The translations under genes were made by a program, and so were the position numbers. The notes beneath the pieces are model-generated. The model did not search any database, was not told the origin of the DNA, and worked only from the letters and a program-made list of their open reading frames with translations. A stretch of DNA of 64,000 nucleotides from Paraspadella gotoi (Eukaryota; Animalia; Chaetognatha), in the NCBI GenBank assembly GCA_051294375.1, contig CM119270.1, positions 16,690,824 through 16,754,823 on the forward strand, written 5' to 3'. Position 1 is the stretch's first letter, and each line of letters starts with the position of its first letter. Below, piece after piece: positions 1 through 11,700 of the stretch.

Positions 1-128
1 CGGAGCTTCTTGATCTCGGCGATTTCCATGATGGCGCCGATGTCGCCGACCGCGAGACCGAGGAGGAGATTCATGATGATTATGGGCATCACGACGAGGA
101 AGACCAAAAAGTAGAACGTGGTGAGAAC
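1..128 (-). CDS. TRPA-A exon: S6 and start of TRP-like helix
   Basis: Not in the ORF track. After acceptor cacag it reads VLTTFYFLVFLVVMPIIIMNLLLGLAVGDIGAIMEIAEIKKL. Confidence 0.93.
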
Positions 129-3100
129 CTGTGAAGAGTGAAGGTATTGAAGTGAATCAGAGCGACGTTACGGCAGTTGGACACAAACAGTAAGATCAAT
201 AAATTAACTGTTACAACGGAATTATATACTATAGGTTCTTAACTACCCTGCCCTCGTGCGCTATATATTTCAAAAGTGCCCATTTATAGCTTAAATTTAG
301 AATAAAGTAAGTTTTTAAGTTTAAATATTAGGTTATGGGTTAGGGATTAAGGGATTAAAGTAAGGAATGGGTTAAAACTATATTTGGTAAAATATTCGGG
401 TTAAATATTTTAGTAGAAATTAAGTTCAGGGATTAGCAACAGAAATTGGGCGCTTTTAGAAAACCGTGCCGTACCTGATCCGTCGTCTGTTGTTCTTTGA
501 AAGCAGCGAAAATGTGTCCATAGTCCAATTCGCCGACGGTCATGACGACGGTCTTCATCAATGAACCAACGGGATCGTCAAAAGACTCCAAAGATCTCTT
601 GCCTCTCAGCATGGAGTTGAAGGTAAAAGCGAAGCTGACAAAGAAGGGAATCAAGACGATGAAGATCTTGCAGAAGGTCTTCAGCACATGGACGAACATG
701 GAGACAAAGACTCCGACAAAGGAAAAATCACGCAGTTTCATGGTGACTTTGATCCAAGTGCTGAGAAGGCAGACGCTTCCAATTTGCCATTGCCACGGGC
801 AGACGAGGTGCTGTTTATGAAAAGTACAGTTTCGATCGAATTTTAAATATAAAAAAAAGCATTATTATTACTTTACCAACCGTTATATGAAATTGGTACA
901 AGCAATATAAAAATCATCCATTCGTTTAATAAATAAGCTATCTTGCCCTTGACTTTGACAGGCCTTTTGCGTTGGTTTAAGTCCTCATCACTCTTACAAG
1001 ATTAATGACATAGCAGCAGTCTCCTGCAAGCTTTCAATCAAGACTCTCTCACGGTCGAGTTTATTCACTCCAGAGTACCTGGCTTCCCTATCATGAAGTG
1101 GTATAATATTCAAAGAATGTTTCAATTGTATGAAAAGACCACTCCCTTAAGTATTAGATCGGGGAATACTTATTATTGTACTCCGCGCACTAGCATCAAA
1201 AATACAAGGAGCTGAATTTTATGAAATTGGTACAACCAATATAAAAATTATCCATTCATTTAATAAATCAACGCTATCTTGCCCCTGACTTTGGACAGGC
1301 TTTAGTTTATTGGTTTTAAGCTAATTTCGCATGAATATATGTACTCACCATCCCTGGACAATCTTCATTGTTGACCACAAAAAGGATGCTCAACAATGGC
1401 GTGACAACATCGAAAAGATTCTTCAATTCGAAATACTTGAATCGTCGCGTTAGTAACTGCGCCATTTCAATCAGCAGATGAACCCAAGCCAGCGCGAATA
1501 CCGCCCACTGCAGAAGCTCGGGAGAGACGCTTGTAGGGTAGCTCGCTTCGTATTCTCCGCGACACGACCCATTGGGAGCAAAGTAGGGGCAGAGTTCGGT
1601 GCAGTCGGTATAGTTGGTCAGATAAAAATCCCGCAAGCATCCGTAGTCGTGTATGGGCTTCGTGTAGGCAATAAGCAGCGTGATGGTCACCGCATAAGCG
1701 AAACCCACATAAAGGTTTAAAACATACATAAAGCGAAGCACGTTCCACTTGAGATCGAGGAGTGTCGTGACGAGCGGATGTTGGAGCAGCTCGTCACGAT
1801 TCAAATCTACGATCATCATCAAAGGATCGCGGGACTTTTTCAACCAACCCAAGCGCTTGGGAGGTGCAGCAGTGGTGGGTCGGGTGCCCCTCCCACCGAC
1901 GTCCTGATAAATGAAAACAATTTGCAGTCTTAAGATAAGAATTTTTTTAAATAGTTTTTAGTCCATTTTAATAAAGAAAATAAAACTAAATAAGAGCAAC
2001 ATCCCCCCAACAACTGTACTCCTCATCAACACAAACCTCTAAATCTACAAAAGCATCTTCTATCAGCTCATAGTTAAAGATAATGCTGTAGTCAATGTCC
2101 TAAGTGCCGTACATGCTTGTAAAATTCAAACACATTTGTTCATACGGCGGAGCGATCCTTCTTCCGTATCTTTTCAATATTTTTGTATTTTTTATTTTCT
2201 TTCTCTCTACTCCCATATCTTTTTTCTTTTTTTTTTATTTTTTATTTTTTTGCTTTATTTTCCTTTTTTCTTTTTTCCTTTAATTATCTTCTCCGATAGG
2301 CATATTCACCGCTCTTCCTATCGCAATAAATACCTGAGACCTTATGTGTCCCGACTCGTCCACCAAATCCCTCATACCTAGCTACTTCATCCATTCTCTC
2401 TCTCTCTCTTCTCTTCTCTCTCCTCTCTCTCTCTCTCCTCTCGTCTCTTACTTCTCATCGTCTCTCTCTCTCCTCCCCACTCTCCCGTCTTTCCCTCCCC
2501 CGACTCCCTCTCCTATCCCGCAACACAAAAGTTTTTGAATCAGGCTTAACGAAAATTGAATTTAAAAATAATTTCTTTCCATTAAAAATTTGTCTCTAAA
2601 AAATTTCGCTCCGCGCCGTTCTGCCATATTCTTTTTTTTTATCTTTCGAAGAGTGCGCGGGGAACCGAAGGCGCGAGTAGACCTTCGACTTCTCATAGTT
2701 TTTACAGTCTTTTTAACGTCTTTTCGTTTTCCCTTTACCTCTCAAAATTCGGGCCAGAAGTACCGCATTTTTTTATGTGGCGCGGTGGATGGCGACAGGT
2801 CTGGGGACTCAGATTTGCGCAGGCCGATTTTTGCTTTGCCGTCACCGTGCTCAGCGCTCCAGCTGCGAACGGAGTATGTCAGAGGCAAATGTTTATTGAA
2901 CTCTCGTTCTACTTGTTTACCCTTTCGATAATAGATTTCAATACATGCTTGGACCCAATATGGCTACCGACGCGCAACTCCGTTCACCGCCTTTCGTCAT
3001 CTTAATCCTGCCGTGCGTCGTCTAGTTATGAGTATTGCACGGGCCGCTAATCGTGTCAATCAAGATAAAATAAGTTGATTACCTACGTTTCAGCAACCTC

Positions 3101-6100
3101 GGGTTCGATCACTGAACGGCGAGGTTTAAGCGGATACGACATTGTTGCACAATCCCTCGCGTGGGAGAATAAGACATTTGAGTCCAACAAAAGTTATGTA
3201 GCGTTTAATAATAAACGAGAGTGAGTTAGTATCGGGAAAAGTGTCCGTCTATCTAATATATATAGTTAGAATTAGTTAAATTAGTTTAAATTTAGGTATA
3301 CCACCGCACTGCCGTTTAAAAAACTTTAAGCGCAATTTCCAAAATTTCCCTTTTTTTCGCTTTTATTGATGTCTTGCACAGGCGTAATTTTTGTTCGTTT
3401 AAACTTCTCTTATATAATTTTTCTCCCTTGTCTCGTCCGCTCCCATTCCTTGTCTTTTCCTAATTTTTTCCTTTTATCGCAATAGTCGCCCTGCGTTCCT
3501 CCGTATTTCTACCCGTGCTGTCTCCTTCCATCTTTTCCCTCCCCGCATCTTTATCTCCGCTCCCATTACAACACTGCCTCCGGCTTACATTCCCTCCTCT
3601 TTCTCTTCTCGTAGCATCTTAATCTCTAATCTCTCCCTTTCCTACATATAACTCCGCGAACCTCAATCCCTCTCATAATATTCTATAAACATAACGTCTC
3701 ATATGCACTAGCTGGGCTATGTACGTGCGTGTACTCTTTACTTTTATTTTCTATTTTGGAAAAATAAGTTTATACTTTTTTAAAAAATAATTAGTCCAAT
3801 TCTCTTAAAACTTTTTGTAAGGCTACTATAGCAATTATGTAGTTTCTATGTTTCTATCAGCCTACAACGATGGCTCTTCGAATCTTAAAAATGGGCACAA
3901 CTCTGTCGCTAAGTACCAGACCTTCATACATTACTCTCTCGGCCCAACGCCGACCGCCCGCCACGTTCGGCCGCTCCTCTAAGCCCAAAACATCTTGCCA
4001 CCTGGCGGCGGGTAAATCCTAGGCAATTCTGGAACCTCTCGAAACCAAAGCGTCTCTTGGTCTGCTGGCATTGATCTCCATCTGCTCTTTGGAGTACTGT
4101 GCATATTGACTAAATACGAAAACGCCCCTGTAACCGCGCGTCGGACCGACAGTTTCGCATTGAACGTCGCCCGACATTTCTGTTGGACATTGCGCTGCGT
4201 GATACTACGCTAGCCGTGTTATGATCATGATCGGCGAATCAGCATCATTGCATCGGTGGCCCGGCTCGCGTGGGGCGTAGTTTCACCGTGCTAACAGATG
4301 ATTTGGGACCGTGCTATCCGCCGGACAACTCTCCCCTTCCGTCATGAAAACAATGCCGCCTCGCATCATCATACACTTCCCATCGCAAACAAACGACCAA
4401 CTTTCCATGGCATCTCGTCCTCTTCATCCCATCGTCACACGCTTGTAGGCTTATCACCGCGACCGTAACAAGCTGAACAATCCGCCACCGCAATGAACAC
4501 GCTTGCGGATGTGAATGCATTGACTTGCCCTCATCTCAAGCCTCGCGCCTCACTATGTGGCACCTCCCTTGCACTCACAAGTTCTGCACGAAATGATCGC
4601 ATTCACGCGACCGCTTGCACTGCTCTGGCGGCGTTGGTTTTGCGCCGCTATGATTATTGTTCAGTTGCCTTTGTCGTCTCATGCGACGACCGATGCTTTA
4701 TGCGATATCGCCTATCCCTGGCCATATGTGGTGACCTCGCGCGCATCCTTACCCTTTGTCCACATACAGACAGCTCTCTCTACGCATTTCACTGTGGGAC
4801 TCATTCCCAATTTTTTTCTGATAGTCGAAAAAACGGTTCGCTTCCTCGATTCCATGGCGCGTCAGCGCAAATCTTTGACCTCTCAGCCTACTGCTCGCGC
4901 ACCACCCTACATGCCGATTTCTCACGCTTGCAGCAGAAGGATAACGTCATAAGACGTGCCAATTGCTAATTTCCAAGCTAGAAGATATGGGCCAAAGCAT
5001 CACGATACTGGCAGTGACCTAATCTCTTTGTAACTTGCTCGAGATAAGAGGCGATTTCGCGTTTGCTCAAATTCTTTTCTTTTCTCTTAATTCACCTCAA
5101 TCTTTAGTATAATTTAACCCACTCTCTCTTTAAAACCACGTTACCCTATCTTAACGCCCTTCTCCCCTTCTGGCCTCTTGTTGAAATGCTCCTCGGGCAC
5201 ATTGACCACATCTCTGTGCTCTGATCACATTATTGCTCTCCACCAGAACAGCTAGATGCGACATCAACGGCGCAGAGAAGTCCTCGAAAGAACGTGACTT
5301 CAGATGGAACGCATATATGTTCGTCTGTTGGATATGCGCGTTGGAGAACAGTGCTAATTCACCACGGCACGTACAGTGAAGTGGCTTAGAACAGTATACT
5401 TCGCTAATCCTTTAAATTCATACTTAACACCACATTATTCGTTATTATATTTTTTAAACATACTAGCCTATATGTAAACTATTGACCTTATCCTTTTCCC
5501 TGCATTCCAGGATCATTCTCTGGTGCCAGTGGTGCAGTTCTGATCTGCCTATGATACTACCTAGCTTAGACTCTCTCCTCTCTGGTTGGCCACGCCCATG
5601 GCGCCATCTTAAATCATGCCCCAAATTCCGGATCTCGCGCTTTTCAAGTCCGGTTACTATGTCAATATGCTCTGTCCGTGGAATCTCAAAGCCCTCCGTA
5701 CGACTTAGCGACGGACATTGTACATACAGTTCTCAATNNNNNNNNNNNNNNNNNNNNNNNNNGGGCTTTGGATTCCACGCAGCATTTGTTAAAGACTTGA
5801 AGCGCGAGATCCGGAAATTTGGTGATAAGATGGCGCATGGGCGTGCCACCGGAAGAGTCTACTGTGTACATAGCAGTCTGCCACTCCGTGTCCTGATGCA
5901 AAGTAAGGTCAATTAGTTTACATATAGCTAGATTTAAAAATATAAACGATAAGGTGTTAAAAGTAGATACCTTTACGAGTAATTCCACGACGTCGTGGTG
6001 ATTGTTCTCCAACGNNNNNNNNNNTTCGTCCATAGACACAAGGCACTGAACAATATCTAGGCGGCCAAACCACGCCGCCCAGTGCAGCGGCGTGAAGCCT

Positions 6101-7242
6101 TCGTGCATCTTGGTGCAGCCATTGGCGCCAGCCTTGATGAGCAAGTCCATCATCTCCGGCGTTCCTTCCGCGGCGACAAAGTGCAATGAAGAACAACCAA
6201 AGTTGTTTTGATGATTAACCATTGTTTTCAGACGGTCCGGCGGGATACGGTCCAAAATCATCTTTAGCACGGTGAAACAACGCCCCACGGCGGCCACCAT
6301 CAATATGCTATTGCCGATCATATCAACGGCAGCTATATCCGCACCAATGTCCAACAGAAATGTCGCGACTTCAATGCGACTGTGTCCGACGGCGGTTCCA
6401 AGGGGCGTTCGTTTTATCATATCTCCAGACTCCAAAGCAGATGGGTAATCAGCGACCAAGCGCTTGGTTAATTCCAGATTGCCGATTTCCGCCGCCAGGT
6501 GCAAGATGTTTTGCTTTAGAGAGCCGAACGTGCGGGCGATCGGGTTGGGCGAGAGACGTTGTATGAATCTGTCTTGCTGCAGAGTTGTGCCAGTTTTAAA
6601 GATTCGAAGAGCCTCGTTGTAGCTGATAGAACATAGAAACTACATAATTCTATGTACCTTCAAGAAAGTTTTAAGAGAATTCGACTAATTATTTTTAAAA
6701 AGTATAAACTTATTTTTCAAAATAGAAAATAAAGAAAGATCACGCGTCTCTAGCCAAGCTAAGTAGATGAACTTGTAATCTAAATTTTAAGAGAGACAAA
6801 AATAATTACAATTTATTTAAAATTAATCTCCGAAAAGATATAAACCTTGTATGCGGAATAAGATCAATGCCCGACCTAGTATCTTAGACCCATAATCTTA
6901 TGATACTCACCCCGCTTCACACGAATTCTCCTCCACGATCATATGGGCCCGCCTCAAATCCACGGCCTTCGTCGGCGGCGGACTGGGGGCGACGGAGATC
7001 AACGACCGCTGGCTGCTCCGCTGCGACTGGCCGCATCTCCCGTTTTTGCTGTCGACGTTTCTGTCCGGGCATTCGCCGCAAAAAGTTCTCTTTCTGATGC
7101 AATCGATAAATTCCAAGACAATTGCGAGGCAGACAATTGCGATGGAGGCCGAAACGGCGTCTTCGTATGTAGGGGACCGCATGTGTTCCACGAAGGATGA
7201 TTTTCGTGTGATGTTTTGAGCGGTTGTGAACGGTTGCGACAT
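1..7242 (-). CDS. TrpA: TRPA-family ankyrin-repeat cation channel, paralog A (multi-exon, 3' end runs off the window, interrupted by a chimeric block at ~2000-5737)
   Basis: Exons joined by GT-AG sites: 7242-6911, 6622-5971 (10-N gap), 5892-5763, 1903-1349, 810-475, 128-1. They encode ankyrin repeats (LHLAAEIGN, TPLHWAAWFG), pre-S1 (ELLQHPLVTTLLDLKW), S5/pore (MTVGELDYG) and S6/TRP-like helix (MPIIIMNLLLGLAVGDI), all TRPA hallmarks. Confidence 0.93.
475..810 (-). CDS. TRPA-A exon: S4, S5, pore helix and filter
   Basis: aaacag|HLVCPWQWQIGSVCLLSTWIKVTMKLRDFSFVGVFVSMF...MTVGELDYG...TDQ|gtac. Confidence 0.92.
887..1130 (+). repeat. Dispersed short repeat family (SINE/MITE-like), copy 1
   Basis: Core aattggtacaaccaatataaaaattatccattcatttaataaataagctatcttgcccctgactttggacagg also at 1218-1318(+), 9660-9800(-), 15978-16095(+), 34250-34430(-), 39914-40140(+), 49975-50190(-), 55140-55320(+). 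Confidence 0.85.
1349..1903 (-). CDS. TRPA-A exon: pre-S1 to S3
   Basis: tatcag|DVGGRG...RDPLMMIVDLNRDELLQHPLVTTLLDLKW...NNEDCPGM|gtgagt; three hydrophobic segments. Confidence 0.92.
2095..3660 (+). repeat. Insertion-rich noisy copy of the 24.4-27.4 kb (reverse) / 28.2-29 kb (forward) segment, lying inside a TRPA-A intron
   Basis: 2521-2610 matches 28226-28300; 3001-3190 matches 28571-28710; 2281-2400 matches the reverse complement of 27140-27240. Confidence 0.8.
3665..5737 (+). other. Noisy inverted duplicate of the TRPA-A ankyrin exons (5763-6790); probable raw long-read or fold-back artefact
   Basis: 3761-3900 is the reverse complement of ~6575-6725, and 5461-5695 of 5763-5930, with dense single-base insertions that destroy the frame. 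Confidence 0.85.
5763..5892 (-). CDS. TRPA-A exon: linker after the ankyrin domain
   Basis: catcag|DTEWQTAMYTVDSSGGTPMRHLITKFPDLALQVFNKCCVESK, preceded by a 78-nt intron at 5970-5893. Confidence 0.88.
5971..6622 (-). CDS. TRPA-A ankyrin-repeat exon(s); the N gap at 6015-6024 hides about 3 further repeats
   Basis: tatcag|YNEALRIFK...NILHLAAEIGNLELTKRLV...TPLGTAVGHSR...SSLHFVAAEG...TPLHWAAWFGRLDIV...LENNHHDVVELLVK|gtatct. Confidence 0.92.
6911..7242 (-). CDS. TRPA-A N-terminal exon with hydrophobic segment (frame stays open to ~7354, so the true start may be upstream)
   Basis: Ends in donor G|GTGAGT; SLISVAPSPPPTKAVDL aligns with paralog B SLVSVTPSPTPPTGPIDL. Confidence 0.8.
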
Positions 7243-8533
7243 ATTGTGAGCGGTTTCGAGCTGTTTAAGATCAGTTATAGGCCGTGATAATTTGTTGTAA
7301 GCAGACGCGAACTGTTTTTGAGCTTCTCTGATTATTTTTGAGAACTGGTAATGATTTATACTAGCATTTTTTTTTTTTTTTTTTTTTTGGAGAAGAAATC
7401 CTTTCGCGGTTTCTTCTTATGCCACTTTAAATATCGAATGACGATTTCGATCTGAAGTTTTCGATCTCAAATTCTAATCTTCGGAAGGAGATCAAACGTT
7501 AACCCATGACTCATGACTCAATGACTCCTCATCGTTTCTCTTTCTTCATTAATTCTTTCCTCGTCGCACGATTATCGGTTTTTAGTTCTCGAGTTTAAAA
7601 ATAAATATTGATTTTTTTTNNNNNNNNNNNNNNNNNNNNNNNNNNNNNNNNNNNNNNNNNNNNNNNNNNNNNNNNNNNNNNNNNNNNNNNNNNNNNNNNN
7701 NNNNNNNNNNNNNNNNNNNNNNNNNNNNNNNNNNNNNNNNNNNNNNNNNNNNNNNNNNNNNNNNNNNNNNNNNNNNNNNNNNNNNNNNNNNNNNNNNNNN
7801 NNNNNNNNNNNNNNNNNNNNNNNNNNNNNNNNNNNNTAACGTGGAGCTCCATTAGAGTTAAGTTTAACAAATAAATTATTTTTACTAAAAACGTCATTGT
7901 TTTTTCATAAAAAAAAATTCAAATCGTTCAAGTAACTTTTATTTGGCTAACTAAGCTTTAAAACGGAATTTAGATGTTTTATTATTGATACATGATCACT
8001 GATCATTGAACCGTATTGGCGGAAGATTGGATCGGATTGGATTGCTCAAAATTTCCCTGTCAAAATCTGACAACATTATCCTTTTCTGTTCTCTTATTTC
8101 ATCGGATGATAATCTAACCCAAAATCGTAAAAAACTTAATTAAAACTACAGAAACAAATAAACCAAAAGGTTATACATCAAAAAAATGATGTATTTTCAT
8201 CTTGGCAGGTTTATTGCGCGGGAAAAACACGAAAGACGACAAGAGAAAGTATTTACGGAACAGAAAAAAGAAACATCTAAAACATGTAAAAGTTTAAAAA
8301 TTGAGACNNNNNNNNNNNNNNNNNNNNNNNNNNNNNNNNNNNNNNNNNNNNNNNNNNNNNNNNNNNNNNNNNNNNNNNNNNNNNNNNNNNNNNNNNNNNN
8401 NNNNNNNNNNNNNNNNNNNNNNNNNNNNNNNNNNNNNNNNNNNNNNNNNNNNNNNNNNNNNNNNNNNNNNNNNNNNNNNNNNNNNNNNNNNNNNNNNNNN
8501 NNNNNNNNNNNNNNNNNNNNNNNNNNNNNNNNN

Positions 8534-8776
8534 GCGCACATGACCATGTTCAACTTCTTCTGCATGACGGCCACAGATTCGTGCACCTGATTTATTTGCT
8601 CTTGCGTCGCGATTATCTGCACCTCCTTTTCGTTTTGCGTGATTCGTTCGGCGCCGCCGGCAACGGCGTTCAGTTTGGCGCTGAGTTTCCGCGCGGCGCC
8701 GGATTGGATGCTGAGGCCCATGCGGAGTCTGGGTTGGAAGAGGGGATCGACATACTGATAGACAGACAGAAAGATT
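8534..8776 (-). CDS. TRPA-B C-terminal coiled-coil exon
   Basis: gacag|RIFLSVYQYVDPLFQ...EKEVQIIATQEQINQVHESVAVMQKKLNMVMC; heptad pattern; phase matches the upstream donor. Confidence 0.75.
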
Positions 8777-11700
8777 CTGTCAGACAGACAGATTAACAAC
8801 CAGACTGAAAGAAAGACAGATAAATAGATAGAAAATTAAAAAACAGATAGACATAAAACAAACTTGAAAGAAAGACAGACAGTTATAGTGCCAGAAAGAT
8901 ATCAGCTCAACTCATTCTCAAACGTTTGATTAGCCGAGAGCTCCAATCAACAATCTGGCCTCCCAATCAGTCTTACCCCAACCTCACCCCAATCTCACCT
9001 CAACTCATTCTCAATCGTTCAATTGGGCTTGAGCTCGTGCTGTCCACCAAACAATCTGGCCCCCCACTCAGCCTTACCCCAACCTCACCCCAATTTCACC
9101 TCAACTCATTCTCAAACGTTCGATTGGGCTTGAGCTCGTAGTGCCCGCCCAACACTCCGCCCTCGCAATCGTCACAGTCGATGTTCCACAGCTTGAAGTA
9201 GAGCCATTCCTGCANNNNNNNNNNNNNNNNNNNNNNNNNNNNNNNNNNNNNNNNNNNNNNNNNNNNNNNNNNNNNNNNNNNNNNNNNNNNNNNNNNNNNN
9301 NNNNNNNNNNNNNNNNNNNNNNNNNNNNNNNNNNNNNNNNNNNNNNNNNNNNNNNNNNNNNNNNNNNNNNNNNNNNNNNNNNNNNNNNNNNNNNNNNNNN
9401 NNNNNNNNNNNNNNNNNNNNNNNNNNNNNNNNNNNNNNNNNNNNNNNNNNNNNNNNNNNNNNNNNNNNNNNNNNNNNNNNNNNNNNNNNNNNNNNNNNNN
9501 NNNNGAATTAGTAATGGATAGAAAGAGATAGAATAGTAGATAGAAGATAGATAGGTAGTAGATAGAATAGAATAAGAGATAGAAAGAGAGAACAGAAAGA
9601 AAATGAAACAAATATGAGCTCAAAGAATAACAAACAAAACAAAATTAAAAATAATATATAAGCTTGCAGGGACCTGCTATGTCATTATCTTGTAAGAGAG
9701 AAGGAGGCCTTAAACCACCAAAGCTGGTCCAAAGTTAGAAGCAAGATAGCTTAGTTATTAAATGAATGGATAATTTTTATATTGGTTGTACCAAATTTCC
9801 TACATCAAATCAATCAATCACCTCTTACCTCTGCCACCTCCTCTCCCATGCCGCATACCTTATCGGACAACTGCTGCTGCTTGAGCGCGTTGAAGAGATT
9901 CCCGTAGTCCAACTCCCCCAGCGTCATGACGATGGTCTTCATGACGGCGTCGATGGGTTCGTCGAAGGCGCGGACGAACTCGTTGCCCCGCAGCATCGCG
10001 TGGAAGGTGAAGGCGAAGCTGACGAAGAACGGGACGAGGATGATGATGATCTTGGAAAAGGTCTTCAAGACGTGGACGAACATGGAGACGAAGACGCCGA
10101 CGTAGGAAAAGTCGCGGAGCTTCATCGTTACCTGGGTTGGGGAGTGAATGATTGATTTNNNNNNNNNNNNNNNNNNNNNNNNNAGATCGACGTGGGGGTG
10201 AACATGTTGATTTGGATTATTGGACTTTGATTGGTTGATTCCGGCTTTTACTTCATATACTCTATTACATTTGATACTCGCGATAGCATAGAAATGTCTG
10301 CAATATGCGACCAGTTGTTACTGTTCTATTTGATTGGATCTTGATCTCATCTAACCTTGCATTCATTCTATTAGTTATTCAGCTCACTCAATTCCTTCTG
10401 TTGCTTTATTTTTCATTTTGACTCTGTTGTTTTATTCTTGCTTTATTTCTCAAGACGAGCAGCGATGATCTAATCCAAACATTTAATTTACCGTTGATAC
10501 CCATCACGCAATGCAACTATACGGCACCAGACACTGATCTGTACCCAGTGCCGGTTACTGACCAAGGGCACATGATCATATATTATCCGAACAAAACTTC
10601 CATGTGCTGTGAAAAGGGAGCCGCTGGGATGCAAAGGAAGCTCGGAAACCAAGACAGTCGACACAGGTTCGGAAAATTTTAATATATATTAACGCCTCGT
10701 TAAAGTTTGTAATTTATTTGTCGATTAGATTACCCTAAGGTCCAGGTAACCTGGTAACATGACATCATGCCACATACATCGGATAAATTATTGGTATTCA
10801 GTTCAGCATCACTCTAACTTTCATCTATATTTCATTCCAGAAAGTTCATTCTAAGTCTGTCTCTACGGCATTTAATACACTTTTGCTCTACTTGTTGTAA
10901 TGAATTTTATACTCTGATGGCCGTACGAACCTATACAGCCCGAATACTTCGAAACACCCTCGGTTAACAACACGTGGACGGCCAACCTCGTGACGACCGA
11001 ATGTGATCAGACGCCAACGGCGGAACCAACGCTGGGAAGCGTGCTGGCCACTGGGCAGCAGCTTATCGACTATGGAGAGCGCGGGCACTCGGGCCAAAGG
11101 CCTCCATGAAGTCCGGCCCGTCAGTGCTACGAGCCAATTGGTCGCGAACGCGGGCCAAACTGGTCGGAGCAGGGCTGGAAAGTTGCCGCCGATCGCGTAG
11201 AGGCTCGAGGCGAAAGAGTAGTTGTAGATACAGGTTTCGACGGAAGAGCCAACCATCCACTAGGGTGAGTGATCATGAGCGCTTAGGGAATCCGCCGCCA
11301 GGTTGAGCAGTAGCTCAGAAAGGGTTGCGAGAGGCGGAAGTCCACTTGCGATTTAGCGAGTGAGAGTCGTATGACCGAGTAGGATTGCCGCCTTGCAACA
11401 GCTCGTCGGCGCTAGTTCCAGGGTCGACGAGATGAGCTTGGAGTGGATCCCGTCTTCTTGCCAACCTACGCGGGGTTTCTCTGGGCCGCATTGGGACATG
11501 TCCCTGAGACTTTGCGAGACGACTTACCATATGATAGCTTAATATTTACTTAGTTCGATAATTACTAGATTTGTGTAATATGATTGCACTGTAACTTTGT
11601 TGTCATTTCGGAATTAAATGTATTTTCGGTAAAATACATGCTCGACCTTATGCTGAGGCTATCAGTATACGATTTACCCACTCTTATACCTCAATCTACT

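Noticed and set aside
328-375. Telomere-like TTAGGG-type repeats (also TTAAATTAG at 28733)
   Set aside because: Short, irregular and internal.
4314-4969. ORFs 4314-4520, 4493-4969 and 4557-4952
   Set aside because: Chance frames in the error-rich inverted copy of the TRPA-A ankyrin exons.
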